Source: an uncultured Rudaea sp.
GTDB taxonomy: Bacteria > Pseudomonadota > Gammaproteobacteria > Xanthomonadales > Rhodanobacteraceae
Reading direction: 5' to 3'
Assembly (NCBI GenBank): GCA_964658115.1
Contig: CAZZYA010000003.1
Span: 1 to 40,745, forward strand
DNA length: 40,745 nt
Part shown: positions 18,373-27,126 of the stretch, in pieces
How positions within the stretch are numbered: position 1 is the first letter of the stretch
Layout: every line of letters begins with the position of its first letter
The notes under the pieces: model-generated
The model's database searches: none
What the model saw: the letters and a program-made list of their open reading frames with translations, nothing else
What the model was told of the DNA's origin: nothing
Translations under genes and position numbers: made by a program

Positions 18373-18837
18373 TCAGGGCGACCAGAACGCGGTCAGTCGA
18401 CCGCTCGCCGGTTCGGCGGGACCATCGAGTTCGAACCATGCGATGCCGGCGGGCGGCATGCCGCGGAAATCGCCGGATTGCCCGGTAGCCAGGAGCGCGA
18501 CCAGTGTTTCGAATCCCGGATTGTGGCCGACCAGCAAAAGTCGTTGCGCATCGGAATTCTCGTCGATGATCGCATCGAGTTCGCCGGCGGTCGCTTCGTA
18601 GATGCGTGGTTCGCTTTTCGCGTCGACGTCGCCGAGCGCGATCTGCAACGTTTGCTGCGCGCGCGCCGAGGGCGAACACAAAATGCGCGCGGGCAAAACG
18701 GATTTGGTTTTCAACCACGCCGCGGCGGCTTTCGCTTCGTCGATGCCGCGGTCGCTCAACGGTCGATCGCGGTCGTTCTCGCCGGACGTCGCGTTTTCCG
18801 CGTGCGCGTGGCGCAGCAGGATCAATTCGCGTTTCAT
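18373..18837 (-). CDS. sixA: Phosphohistidine phosphatase SixA family
   Basis: LLRHA.AE, DR.RPLS.RG, CSP..RA.QT, LLVGHNP. Confidence 0.88.
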   Translation of the reverse strand: MKRELILLRHAHAENATSGENDRDRPLSDRGIDEAKAAAAWLKTKSVLPARILCSPSARAQQTLQIALGDVDAKSEPRIYEATAGELDAIIDENSDAQRLLLVGHNPGFETLVALLATGQSGDFRGMPPAGIAWFELDGPAEPASGRLTAFWSP

Positions 18838-18872
18838 GTGCTTGGCTTCCTTTGCGTGTTTCTTATTGGCGA

Positions 18873-19505
18873 TCAGCCGTGCTTCTTCAGCCAGCGCACG
18901 ATTTTTTCCCAGTCTTCCTGGTGCGAGCGAATGGTTTCCGAGTGGTAGTCGAAAATGCTTTTGCCCAGACCCGCGACGACGATATAGCCCTGCGTGTCGC
19001 GCAGTTGTGCGATCAGCGGGAACGGGAATTTCTTGATCTCGTCGACAGCTTCCTGCGACGCCGTCGTCCACGGTTTCAGACGATTGGCGACCAGCCCGAC
19101 CGGTACCTTGCCACGTTTGATACGCGGAATGTCGGCAACGTCGCGCAGGAACGCTTCGGTCGCTTCGAGATCGATGCGCGATGGCAGCACGGGGATGATC
19201 AGTGCGTCGGCGTGTTCGACCAGTTCGGTGAGCTCCTGCACGCGGATGCCGGCCGGTCCGTCGATGATGACGCGTTGTGCGTCGGCAGGAATTTTTTCCG
19301 GCCAGTCACGCCGGCTCGCGCTTAAACCCAACACGGGCATCGCGGTCGCGGTGCGCTTTTCGGCCCATCGCAGGCTCGATCCTTGCCGATCCGCGTCGAC
19401 CAGCACGGTGCGTTTTCCGTCCTGCGAGAAGTAGCCGGCGATGGTCGTCGCGATCGTCGTCTTGCCGCAGCCGCCCTTGGAGCTGGCTACCAGGATCTTC
19501 TGCAT
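18873..19505 (-). CDS. Orphan ParA/MinD-family ATPase
   Basis: Deviant Walker A SSKGGCGKTT, LVDADRQGS, IIDGP; no parB nearby. Confidence 0.9.
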   Translation of the reverse strand: MQKILVASSKGGCGKTTIATTIAGYFSQDGKRTVLVDADRQGSSLRWAEKRTATAMPVLGLSASRRDWPEKIPADAQRVIIDGPAGIRVQELTELVEHADALIIPVLPSRIDLEATEAFLRDVADIPRIKRGKVPVGLVANRLKPWTTASQEAVDEIKKFPFPLIAQLRDTQGYIVVAGLGKSIFDYHSETIRSHQEDWEKIVRWLKKHG

Positions 19506-19610
19506 GAGCAACCCCTAAGTCTGCGACAGAGAGGCTTCAAGAGTACAACGGGACGCCGCTGCGGCGAAACCTGCCATCCGGGCCCGCCCTGCGAACGGTA
19601 TGACGGCGTG

Positions 19611-20657
19611 CTACGGACGCGGCGCTTCGGTTTGCGGCGGGCGCCAGTCGGCGGTGGGTTCGAGCGAAGCGCCTTGCGCGCGCAGCACGGCGAAGACGGC
19701 GTCGATTTCCGAACCGTTTTCGTGCAGCGCTTGTGTATAAATACGCGTTACATGTTGATCGTCGGCGAGCGTTTCGGCCAGTTCGCCGATGCGCAGCGTT
19801 TGCCATTGCAGCGCGCGTTCCTGGTCACGCGCGGCATTCTGTTCCGGTCCGGCCGGCGACAATGCGGCGAGAAGCTTCAATCCTGCTTCTTTTGCACCCA
19901 TGCTGCCGCTGACGGACATCTTCTTGGCGACAGCCACGCAATCCGCGGTGAGATCGGACGCGGTCGCATCACGGCAGGCATCGCCGACGGCCTGCGCGAT
20001 CGGCGGCACGGCGCGCACCGCGACACCGGCAGCGTTGACCAACTGGAACCCTTCCACGCTTGCGTTGATTTGTCCGCTGGCGCGAACGATCTCGTCACCG
20101 ATCGGCATCACGTGTTCGGCATCGTCGAGCATGGCCATGCTGCGGCCGAAATAGTCGTCGTAGCGCTGCGATTGCGCGGCGCTGGTGAGCGCGGCGCGCA
20201 CGGTGGTCGTGTCGCCGGCGTCTTGCGCGCGCAGCAGCGCGAGCGACCATACCGCGGCATTTTGAGCGTCGAGCGCTTCGAGTTTCTGAAGCGTTTCGGT
20301 ACGCGGACAATCTTTCGGTGTTTCCTTACATTCGAGTTCGGCGGTGATCCACCAGACGAGAACATCGTCAGGACCCGAACGTTGCGCGTGCGCGATCAGC
20401 GCCGGCGTTTTCAACGCTTCGATGCGTTTGGGATCTTTTGAGTCGGACTGCGCGAGCAGTGCGGCGGAAGCGAGCGACGTCGGCTTGCCTTGCAACGCGA
20501 GCAGATTGATCTGATCGCGCCGGAACTGCAGCATGATCTGCTCCGGCGATTTTTCAGCGGCCTCGGGCGTGCCGGGATGTTGCCCGGCCGGCAACAAAGG
20601 CTGCGCGAACGCGGGCGCAGCGAACAGCGCGACGCAAAAAAGTATACAACGCGGCAT
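19611..20657 (-). CDS. Hypothetical secreted protein (paralog of 22778..23929)
   Basis: AAGGA RBS; signal peptide MPRCILFCVALFAAPAFA; helical body with Cys pairs; no recognisable catalytic motif. Confidence 0.75.
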   Translation of the reverse strand: MPRCILFCVALFAAPAFAQPLLPAGQHPGTPEAAEKSPEQIMLQFRRDQINLLALQGKPTSLASAALLAQSDSKDPKRIEALKTPALIAHAQRSGPDDVLVWWITAELECKETPKDCPRTETLQKLEALDAQNAAVWSLALLRAQDAGDTTTVRAALTSAAQSQRYDDYFGRSMAMLDDAEHVMPIGDEIVRASGQINASVEGFQLVNAAGVAVRAVPPIAQAVGDACRDATASDLTADCVAVAKKMSVSGSMGAKEAGLKLLAALSPAGPEQNAARDQERALQWQTLRIGELAETLADDQHVTRIYTQALHENGSEIDAVFAVLRAQGASLEPTADWRPPQTEAPRP

Positions 20658-20715
20658 CGGTCGGATTCCTTCGGCGAAGGCGGCGAGTTTACCCGTCGCA
20701 ACGCTTGACCGCAGC

Positions 20716-22410
20716 TTAATATCCGGCGGCTTGCCCGTCCTTGCGGCTTTCCGATGCACCGAGATACACACGATTCTTGCCGTCCCATTCGATGGCTTGG
20801 TATCCACCGTACGGACCATCGGCCCACGTTACGTGATGGCCCATTTGCATCAACGCGCGAACCGTTTCGTACGGAAATCCGCTTTCGAGTTCGACTTCGC
20901 CACCGTCGGTCATGCGCGAATTCTGCGCTTCGGGTTCGGTGTCGCCTTCATGCTGGATGCGCGGCGCATCGCCGGCCTCCTGCAGGTTCATGCCGAAGTC
21001 GACGAGATTCATCACGATCTGCGCGTGTCCCTGCGGCTGCATCCCGCCGCCCATCACGCCGAAGCTGATGCGCACGTCGTCGCCCTTCGCGATGAACGAC
21101 GGAATGATCGTATGGAACGGACGCTTGCCCGGCGCATAGGAATTGGCTTGGCCTTCCTTGAGGATGAACAACTGTCCGCGATCCTGCAGCACGAAGCCGA
21201 GTCCCGGCGGCGTCATGCCCGAACCCATGCCGCGATAGTTCGATTGGATCAGCGAAACCATGTTGCCCCATTGGTCCGCCGTGGTCATGTAAATCGTGTC
21301 GCCGTGTTCGAGTGCGGAGGTGCTCGGTACCGAACGCATCGCGTGATCCATCGAAATTTTCGCACGCTGCGCGGTGGCGTATTCCTTCGAAAGCAGTTTG
21401 TCGATGGGCGCTTTGAAGAAATCCGGATCGGCATAGAGATGCGCGCGATCTTCCCACGCGAGCTTTTTCGCTTCGACGAACAAGTGCACGTGCTCGGGGC
21501 TGCCGAAGCCGTATTTTTTCAGATCGTAGCCTTCGAGCGTGTTGAGAATTTCCAGCGCGGCGAGGCCTTGTCCGTTCGGTGGCAACTCATACACGTCGTA
21601 ACCACGGTAATTCGTTTTGATCGGATCGACCCATTCGCCTTGGTGCGCGGCCATGTCTTCGTACGACAGAAATCCGCCGTTCGCTTTGAAGTAATCGCCG
21701 ATGACGTGCGCGATCTTGCCTTTGTAAAACGCATCGCGGCCGCCTTTGGCGATCGTCTCGAGCGTGTTGGCGAGATTCGCGTTCTTCCAGATTTCGCCTT
21801 TTTCCGGCGCGCGGCCGTTGATCGTCATCTGTTCGGTGAATCCCGGATATTTGCTCAGACGCGGCACCGAAATCTTCCAGTAATGCGCGATCAGTTCGGT
21901 GATCGGGAAACCTTCGCGCGCATACCCGATCGCGGGCGCGAGGTCTTGCCCGATCGGCAATTTTCCGAATTTGTCGTGCAACGCGAACCATGCGTCGACG
22001 CACCCCGGCACGTTGACAGGCAACGGTCCGAGCGCGGGAATTTCTTTGATGTCGTGATCGACGAAATACTGCATCGTCAACGATTTCGGCGAACGGCCTG
22101 ATCCGTTGTAACCGTAGAGTTTTTTCGTCTTCGCATCCCACACGATCGCGAACAGGTCACCGCCGACGCCATTCGACACCGGTTCGAGCAAACCGAGCGT
22201 TGCATTCGCGGCGATGGCCGCATCGATCGCCGTGCCGCCTTTCTTCAGCACGTCGAGCCCGACTTGCGTGGCGAGCGGCACCGACGTCGCCACCATGCCA
22301 TGCGTGCCGAGTACTTCCGAGCGTGTCGCAAAGGATCTTCCGGTGATGCGATCGGCACCGTGCGCGGTGACGGTCGTGAGCGCGGCGAGTGCGAGAACGA
22401 AGCGATTCAT
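20716..22410 (-). CDS. ggt: Gamma-glutamyltransferase (exported)
   Basis: GAGG RBS, signal peptide, GG.AIDAAIA, G.GGDLF, PPNGQG, autoprocessing Thr in GDTIY, GKRPFHT, GVMGG. Confidence 0.92.
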   Translation of the reverse strand: MNRFVLALAALTTVTAHGADRITGRSFATRSEVLGTHGMVATSVPLATQVGLDVLKKGGTAIDAAIAANATLGLLEPVSNGVGGDLFAIVWDAKTKKLYGYNGSGRSPKSLTMQYFVDHDIKEIPALGPLPVNVPGCVDAWFALHDKFGKLPIGQDLAPAIGYAREGFPITELIAHYWKISVPRLSKYPGFTEQMTINGRAPEKGEIWKNANLANTLETIAKGGRDAFYKGKIAHVIGDYFKANGGFLSYEDMAAHQGEWVDPIKTNYRGYDVYELPPNGQGLAALEILNTLEGYDLKKYGFGSPEHVHLFVEAKKLAWEDRAHLYADPDFFKAPIDKLLSKEYATAQRAKISMDHAMRSVPSTSALEHGDTIYMTTADQWGNMVSLIQSNYRGMGSGMTPPGLGFVLQDRGQLFILKEGQANSYAPGKRPFHTIIPSFIAKGDDVRISFGVMGGGMQPQGHAQIVMNLVDFGMNLQEAGDAPRIQHEGDTEPEAQNSRMTDGGEVELESGFPYETVRALMQMGHHVTWADGPYGGYQAIEWDGKNRVYLGASESRKDGQAAGY

Positions 22411-22477
22411 GCGCGAACCTCTTGAAGTCGTCGTGACGAGCATACATTGAACCCCGACCAGCCCCTGGCCCATCGCG

Positions 22478-22777
22478 ATGTTCGCCCGATTACGACGCAA
22501 CATGCGCACCTTCATGACCGTGCAGAGCGGCCAACGCTTTCGCGCGCATTACGAACGCATGCGCGCGAAACCCGGCGTGTGGCGCGCGGTACTGGCGATC
22601 GGTGGTGGATCGATCCTGATGGCGCTCGGCATCGTCATGGTCGTGACGCCCGGTCCAGGTTTCATCGTCGCGGCGATCGGTGCGGCGCTGATTGCGGGCG
22701 AGTCGCTCGGAGCGGCGAAAGTACTCGACCGGATCGATCTTGCCGCCACGCGCGTTTGGGCGCGCTGGCGGCGCTGA
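22478..22777 (+). CDS. Small membrane protein, PGPGW-domain-like
   Basis: 99 aa; two hydrophobic helices around VTPGPG; basic termini. Confidence 0.7.
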   Translation: MFARLRRNMRTFMTVQSGQRFRAHYERMRAKPGVWRAVLAIGGGSILMALGIVMVVTPGPGFIVAAIGAALIAGESLGAAKVLDRIDLAATRVWARWRR

Positions 22778-23929
22778 TCAGTAGTCGAACGCGACTTTGC
22801 GTTCTTGGTCCGCGCGAAGATGTTCCGGTGTAAAGCTCGCCGACGCGTCGATCCAATCCACCGGGGGGCTGGTCGGCAGGCCGGCACGCTCGATGGCTCT
22901 GCGCATGGCGGCGAGTTCGGTGCCGGTCTGTGCCCAGTCGGTCTGAAACTGTCGTGCATCGTCGAGACTGCGTACGCCTGAGTTGTCGCCAGGATCCAGC
23001 GCTTTCGTACTCTCAGAGAATATCCAGTCGTTCTCACGACCTTGTGCGATGTCGTCGTCGTCGAACGAGCGCGACACCCGAAGCACTGCCGAACCGATGC
23101 GCGTGGCGATCATCGTGTCGCCCTTCGATACGAGCAACCGGCCGATCTGTTGGCAATCCTTTTTGCGCTCGGCGTTGATTCCGCGGTCGTTGGTGCGGCA
23201 GGCGATCGTCAGCGTTTGGAATGTCGGCAGCGCGATCGCTGCCGTGGTTGCGGTCGCCGCCAGCAAAGGCATGTCTTCTTTTTTCGTCGCAAGGCATTCG
23301 GGACACGCGCTCTTTATTCGATCGAATGCTTCTTGCGAAAACGGCACCGATTGGTAAGCGCGGATGATTTCTTCGGTAATTTGCGAAAAATGATTTGTGA
23401 ATGTCGTCGCGTGTGCCATACGGGTAAGCGCGGCGCTGACATCGGCGCGGTTTCTGTTGCGCGCGGCGCGCGCCAGTTCCTCTTCCCAAACCGCGGCGTT
23501 TTCGGGTTCGGCGGTTTCCAGATTCATCAGTGCTTTTTCGTAGATCGCCTGATCGGGCTCGCCGCGCGCGCCGGCGATTCCCATCCACTGCAAGAGAATG
23601 TCGTCGGGTGCCGCATCGATCGCCCGCAGGAGAAGTTTTTCGCGAGACGCGTGCGCCGATGTGTCGGCCTGCGTAGCGGAACCTTTGCCGTCGAAATAGA
23701 ACGTCACGGCGTCAACGGCCCAGTCGCGCGGATTGGCGCTCGATTCCAAACTTACTCGGACGGCTTCGGTATAGCGATTGAAATCGCTCGCGCCGGCGAA
23801 GAAGTCGGAATTGTCGTTACTCACCGCGTCGCTGGAATTTAATTTTGCTTGCGCTGGGCCGCCAAAAGCGAGCGACGTCGTCAGCAATAAACTTGCGGTG
23901 CCGGCCAATCGAAACGTGCGCGCGATCAT
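22778..23929 (-). CDS. Hypothetical secreted protein (paralog of 19611..20657)
   Basis: Signal-peptide-like N-terminus; shares PDD.L..W, NAAVW and C..C blocks and a C-terminal P..DW with the paralog; contains CPEC. Confidence 0.75.
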   Translation of the reverse strand: MIARTFRLAGTASLLLTTSLAFGGPAQAKLNSSDAVSNDNSDFFAGASDFNRYTEAVRVSLESSANPRDWAVDAVTFYFDGKGSATQADTSAHASREKLLLRAIDAAPDDILLQWMGIAGARGEPDQAIYEKALMNLETAEPENAAVWEEELARAARNRNRADVSAALTRMAHATTFTNHFSQITEEIIRAYQSVPFSQEAFDRIKSACPECLATKKEDMPLLAATATTAAIALPTFQTLTIACRTNDRGINAERKKDCQQIGRLLVSKGDTMIATRIGSAVLRVSRSFDDDDIAQGRENDWIFSESTKALDPGDNSGVRSLDDARQFQTDWAQTGTELAAMRRAIERAGLPTSPPVDWIDASASFTPEHLRADQERKVAFDY

Positions 23930-24046
23930 GGCGTTATCCCTGCGAAGTTTGTAAGTATCAGATCACGCCTGCCATCGTCACGCATCTGTAAAAGGTAACA
24001 GTTGAACTTTCGCTGGCCAACGCAAGCGAGCTCAACCATGCCATCG

Positions 24047-26092
24047 TCACTTTTTCGCTTTCAGCGCATCTGTCAACCCTGGCAGTAATTCCGCGCCCAC
24101 TGGCACCGTGATCGTCGAGCCGGCGAAATCGTTGCCGATCGGCTCCACGCGACCGTTCAAACATTTGCTGGCGAGGAAATCCTCGGCGACCGCGTTGAAC
24201 GACGTGTTGTTTTCCGGGCGGCGGAAACCGTGTCCTTCATCCGGATACAACACGTACGTCACCGGAATATTCTTGGCCTGCATCGCTTTTACGATCTGTT
24301 CCGATTCGTTGACGTTCACGCGCGGATCGTTCTTGCCTTGACCGATCAGCAGCGGTTTTTTGATCTGATCCGCATACGTCAGCGGTGAACGTTCCTTCAG
24401 CAGCGCGCGACCTTCGTCGGTATCCGGATTTCCCATCCGCGTGGTGAACTGCGCGCGGAACGACGCCCAGTACGGCGGAATGCTGTTGAGCAGCGTGATC
24501 AGGTTCGATGGTCCGACGATGTCGACGCCGCAGGCGAATTCGTCCGGCGTCATGGTGAGTCCGGCGAGTGTGGCGTAACCGCCGTAGCTGCCGCCCATGA
24601 TGGCGACTTTGTCTTTCGTCGTGATGCCTTGCTTGATCGCCCAGTCGACCGCGTCGAGCAGATCGTCATGCATCTTGCGGCCCCACTGCAGGTCGCCGGC
24701 GTTCGTGAACTTTTTTCCGAAGCCGGTCGAGGCGCGGTAGTTCACCGCGAGCAGCGCATAGCCGCGATTGGCCAGCCATTGGTCGTACGAGTTGTAGCCG
24801 TAGCTGTCGCGACCCCACGGGCCGCCATGGACGAACAGCACGAGCGGCACCGGATGCGTCGGCTTGCCGGTGCTGGCGGGATCGGATTCGGTCGGCAGCG
24901 TGTAGTAGCTTACGAGCGTCAAGCCGTCGCGCGCGGGAATCGCGACCGGATGCATCGGCGCCAGCTTCAGTGACGAGAGCGCCGGACGCGTCTCGAACCA
25001 CGCGGTCGCTTTGCCGGCCGCGCGATCGTAGATGTAATACCGCGGCGAAGCATCCGAGCGCGACAGCAACACGATCCAGTAATTGTCGTCGTCACTCTGG
25101 CTGGCGATCTGGATGTCGCCGTCGCCGAGCGTTTTCAGATAATCGAAATCCTTTTGCACGGAGGAATCGAGCACGGTCCATTCGTTGCGCAGATAATCGA
25201 CCGATACCGCGCGCACGGCGCCTGTTTTCGGGTTCACGAAAATGTTGCCGACGTCGGCGCGCAGGTCTTCGTGCACGATTTCGCTTTTGCCATCGACCCA
25301 GTTCACCGCATACAGCGCAGCGGTATCGCGGTCACGGCTATCGATCATGTAAAGCGTTTTGCCGTCACGCGTGAAACCGACGGCGTTCGTAGTCAGCGCG
25401 TCGCCTTGCGGGACGCGGCCGAACGATTTCCAGCCGTTTTTCGTGCGCTTGAACCATTCGCTGCTGCCGTCGGGCAGCGCTTTGTTGGCCAGACGAAGAT
25501 TGAAATCATCGTCGGTCGTGAAGCCGGCGTAGCCGTCGTTCTGGATCAGGCGTGTGCGCTTGGCGGTGCGCAGATCGATGCGGATCGGATCGAAGAATTT
25601 CGAATTGCGGTCGTTCGCGTTGATCAGCACTTCGTGCGGATGCTTCGGCGACAGACCTGCGAGATCGGCGCGTGCGTTTTTGAACGGCGTGATGTCGGTT
25701 TGCTTGTTCGTCGACAGGTCCACGCTGTAGATGTGGAAATTTTCGTTGCCGCCCTCGTCTTGCGGATACAGCACGTATTTGCCGTCGTAAGTGAACGAGA
25801 AACTGCGCACACCACGATTGCGGTCGTGCGTGATCACTTTGGCCTGATCCGGATGTTCGCGCGGCGCGATGAAAACATTGAGCACGCCTTCGTCCGGCGC
25901 GACGTATCCCAACCACTTTCCATCCGGACTGATTTCGCCCGTCGCCTTCTCGGGATTTCCGAACAGCACCTGGCGCGGAATGATCGGCGGCGCGGCGGGC
26001 GCCGGCGCCGGTTGCGGTTTCGGCTTTTCGGGAGCGCACGCGGTGAGCAATGCGGCAAACACGGTGAAAGCGGCGAGCGGACGCAAACGCAT
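24047..26092 (-). CDS. S9 family serine peptidase (prolyl oligopeptidase/acylaminoacyl peptidase), lipoprotein
   Basis: GGAGG RBS; lipobox LTAC; beta-propeller repeats; VHGGPW, GGSYGG, QG.NDPRV, DEGHG triad. Confidence 0.93.
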   Translation of the reverse strand: MRLRPLAAFTVFAALLTACAPEKPKPQPAPAPAAPPIIPRQVLFGNPEKATGEISPDGKWLGYVAPDEGVLNVFIAPREHPDQAKVITHDRNRGVRSFSFTYDGKYVLYPQDEGGNENFHIYSVDLSTNKQTDITPFKNARADLAGLSPKHPHEVLINANDRNSKFFDPIRIDLRTAKRTRLIQNDGYAGFTTDDDFNLRLANKALPDGSSEWFKRTKNGWKSFGRVPQGDALTTNAVGFTRDGKTLYMIDSRDRDTAALYAVNWVDGKSEIVHEDLRADVGNIFVNPKTGAVRAVSVDYLRNEWTVLDSSVQKDFDYLKTLGDGDIQIASQSDDDNYWIVLLSRSDASPRYYIYDRAAGKATAWFETRPALSSLKLAPMHPVAIPARDGLTLVSYYTLPTESDPASTGKPTHPVPLVLFVHGGPWGRDSYGYNSYDQWLANRGYALLAVNYRASTGFGKKFTNAGDLQWGRKMHDDLLDAVDWAIKQGITTKDKVAIMGGSYGGYATLAGLTMTPDEFACGVDIVGPSNLITLLNSIPPYWASFRAQFTTRMGNPDTDEGRALLKERSPLTYADQIKKPLLIGQGKNDPRVNVNESEQIVKAMQAKNIPVTYVLYPDEGHGFRRPENNTSFNAVAEDFLASKCLNGRVEPIGNDFAGSTITVPVGAELLPGLTDALKAKK

Positions 26093-26182
26093 GACTCCTC
26101 CGAAACGGCGAAACGGACAGGGAAACCGATTCTAACCGTCCCGGCTCCGCGCACAACGTGCGAGAAGTGACACTATTTGCGA

Positions 26183-27040
26183 CTATTCGCCGAGTGCCTG
26201 TCGCAGGAAATTCGGCATGGCGAGCGCTGCTTTGTGCGTGTCGAGGTTGTAGTAAAGCGTCTCGAACTGCTTGGTCGCCGCGCCGCGTTCGCGGAAATCG
26301 GAGAGATCGACGCCTTTGCGCGCCATCGTCGCGCTCCACCATCCGGTGGGATAGCACGGTTGCGGGAATGTGATCGTGCGCACCGAATGAAAACCCGCAC
26401 CATTCATCGCTTTGCGGATGGATTTGAGCAGCGGCAAATGGGCCAGCGGCGACTCGCTCTGCTGCACGAGAATGCCGCCATGACGCAGCGCGCGCAACAC
26501 GGATTCGTAGAACGCTTCGTTGAACAAACCTTCGGCGGGACCGATCGGGTCGGTCGAATCGACGATCACGACATCGAGCGAATCCGGCTCGCATTCGGCC
26601 ATCCATTTGATGCCGTCGATAAACAACAGTTGCGCGCGCGGATCGTTGTTCGACGCGCACAATTCCGGAAAATATTTTTCAGCCAGCCGCGTCACGCGCT
26701 CGTCGATCTCGACCTGGATCGCGCTTTCGACTTCGTCGTGTTTGAGCACTTCGCGCAGCGTGCCGCAGTCGCCTCCGCCGATCACCACGACGCGTTTCGC
26801 GCGCGGATGCGTGAACAACGCCGGATGCGACATCATCTCGTGATACAGGAAATTGTCGCGTGTCGTCACCATCATGCAGCCATCGATCACCATCAACTTG
26901 CCCCAGTCGGTGGTGTCGAAAATTTCGATTTTCTGGAACGCGGTCTGTTCCTCGTGCAGCTTTTCCTTGATGCGGAAACCGATCGAAGAACCGGAATAAT
27001 CGTGCTGCTCGGTGAACCAATCGGGCGCGGGTGTCGACAT
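26183..27040 (-). CDS. speE: Polyamine aminopropyltransferase (spermidine synthase)
   Basis: WFTE, FQKIEI, D.F.YHEMM.HP, IGGGDCG, VEID, DSTDP.GP, YP.GWW. Confidence 0.95.
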   Translation of the reverse strand: MSTPAPDWFTEQHDYSGSSIGFRIKEKLHEEQTAFQKIEIFDTTDWGKLMVIDGCMMVTTRDNFLYHEMMSHPALFTHPRAKRVVVIGGGDCGTLREVLKHDEVESAIQVEIDERVTRLAEKYFPELCASNNDPRAQLLFIDGIKWMAECEPDSLDVVIVDSTDPIGPAEGLFNEAFYESVLRALRHGGILVQQSESPLAHLPLLKSIRKAMNGAGFHSVRTITFPQPCYPTGWWSATMARKGVDLSDFRERGAATKQFETLYYNLDTHKAALAMPNFLRQALGE

Positions 27041-27079
27041 GGGATGGCGTCTGAGAATCGGGTGAAAAACCGGGCGGCG

Positions 27080-27120
27080 ATTGTAACCGGTAAACATGAC
27101 GCAATACGCGACGCTACAAT
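27080..27120. promoter_or_regulatory. Back-to-back -10 boxes of the divergent speE/speA promoters
   Basis: TACAAT on the - strand (27080-27085) facing speE, and TACAAT on the + strand (27115-27120) 6 nt before the speA ATG. Confidence 0.5.
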
Positions 27121-27126
27121 ACCTTC

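Noticed and set aside
18873-19505. ParA as evidence of a plasmid or chromosome partition locus
   Set aside because: No parB, parS or rep; it is embedded among core chromosomal genes.
24001-24036. GTTGAAC...GCTCAAC resembling integron attC core sites
   Set aside because: The order is reversed relative to attC (RYYYAAC must come first), it is too short, and there is no integrase or cassette array.
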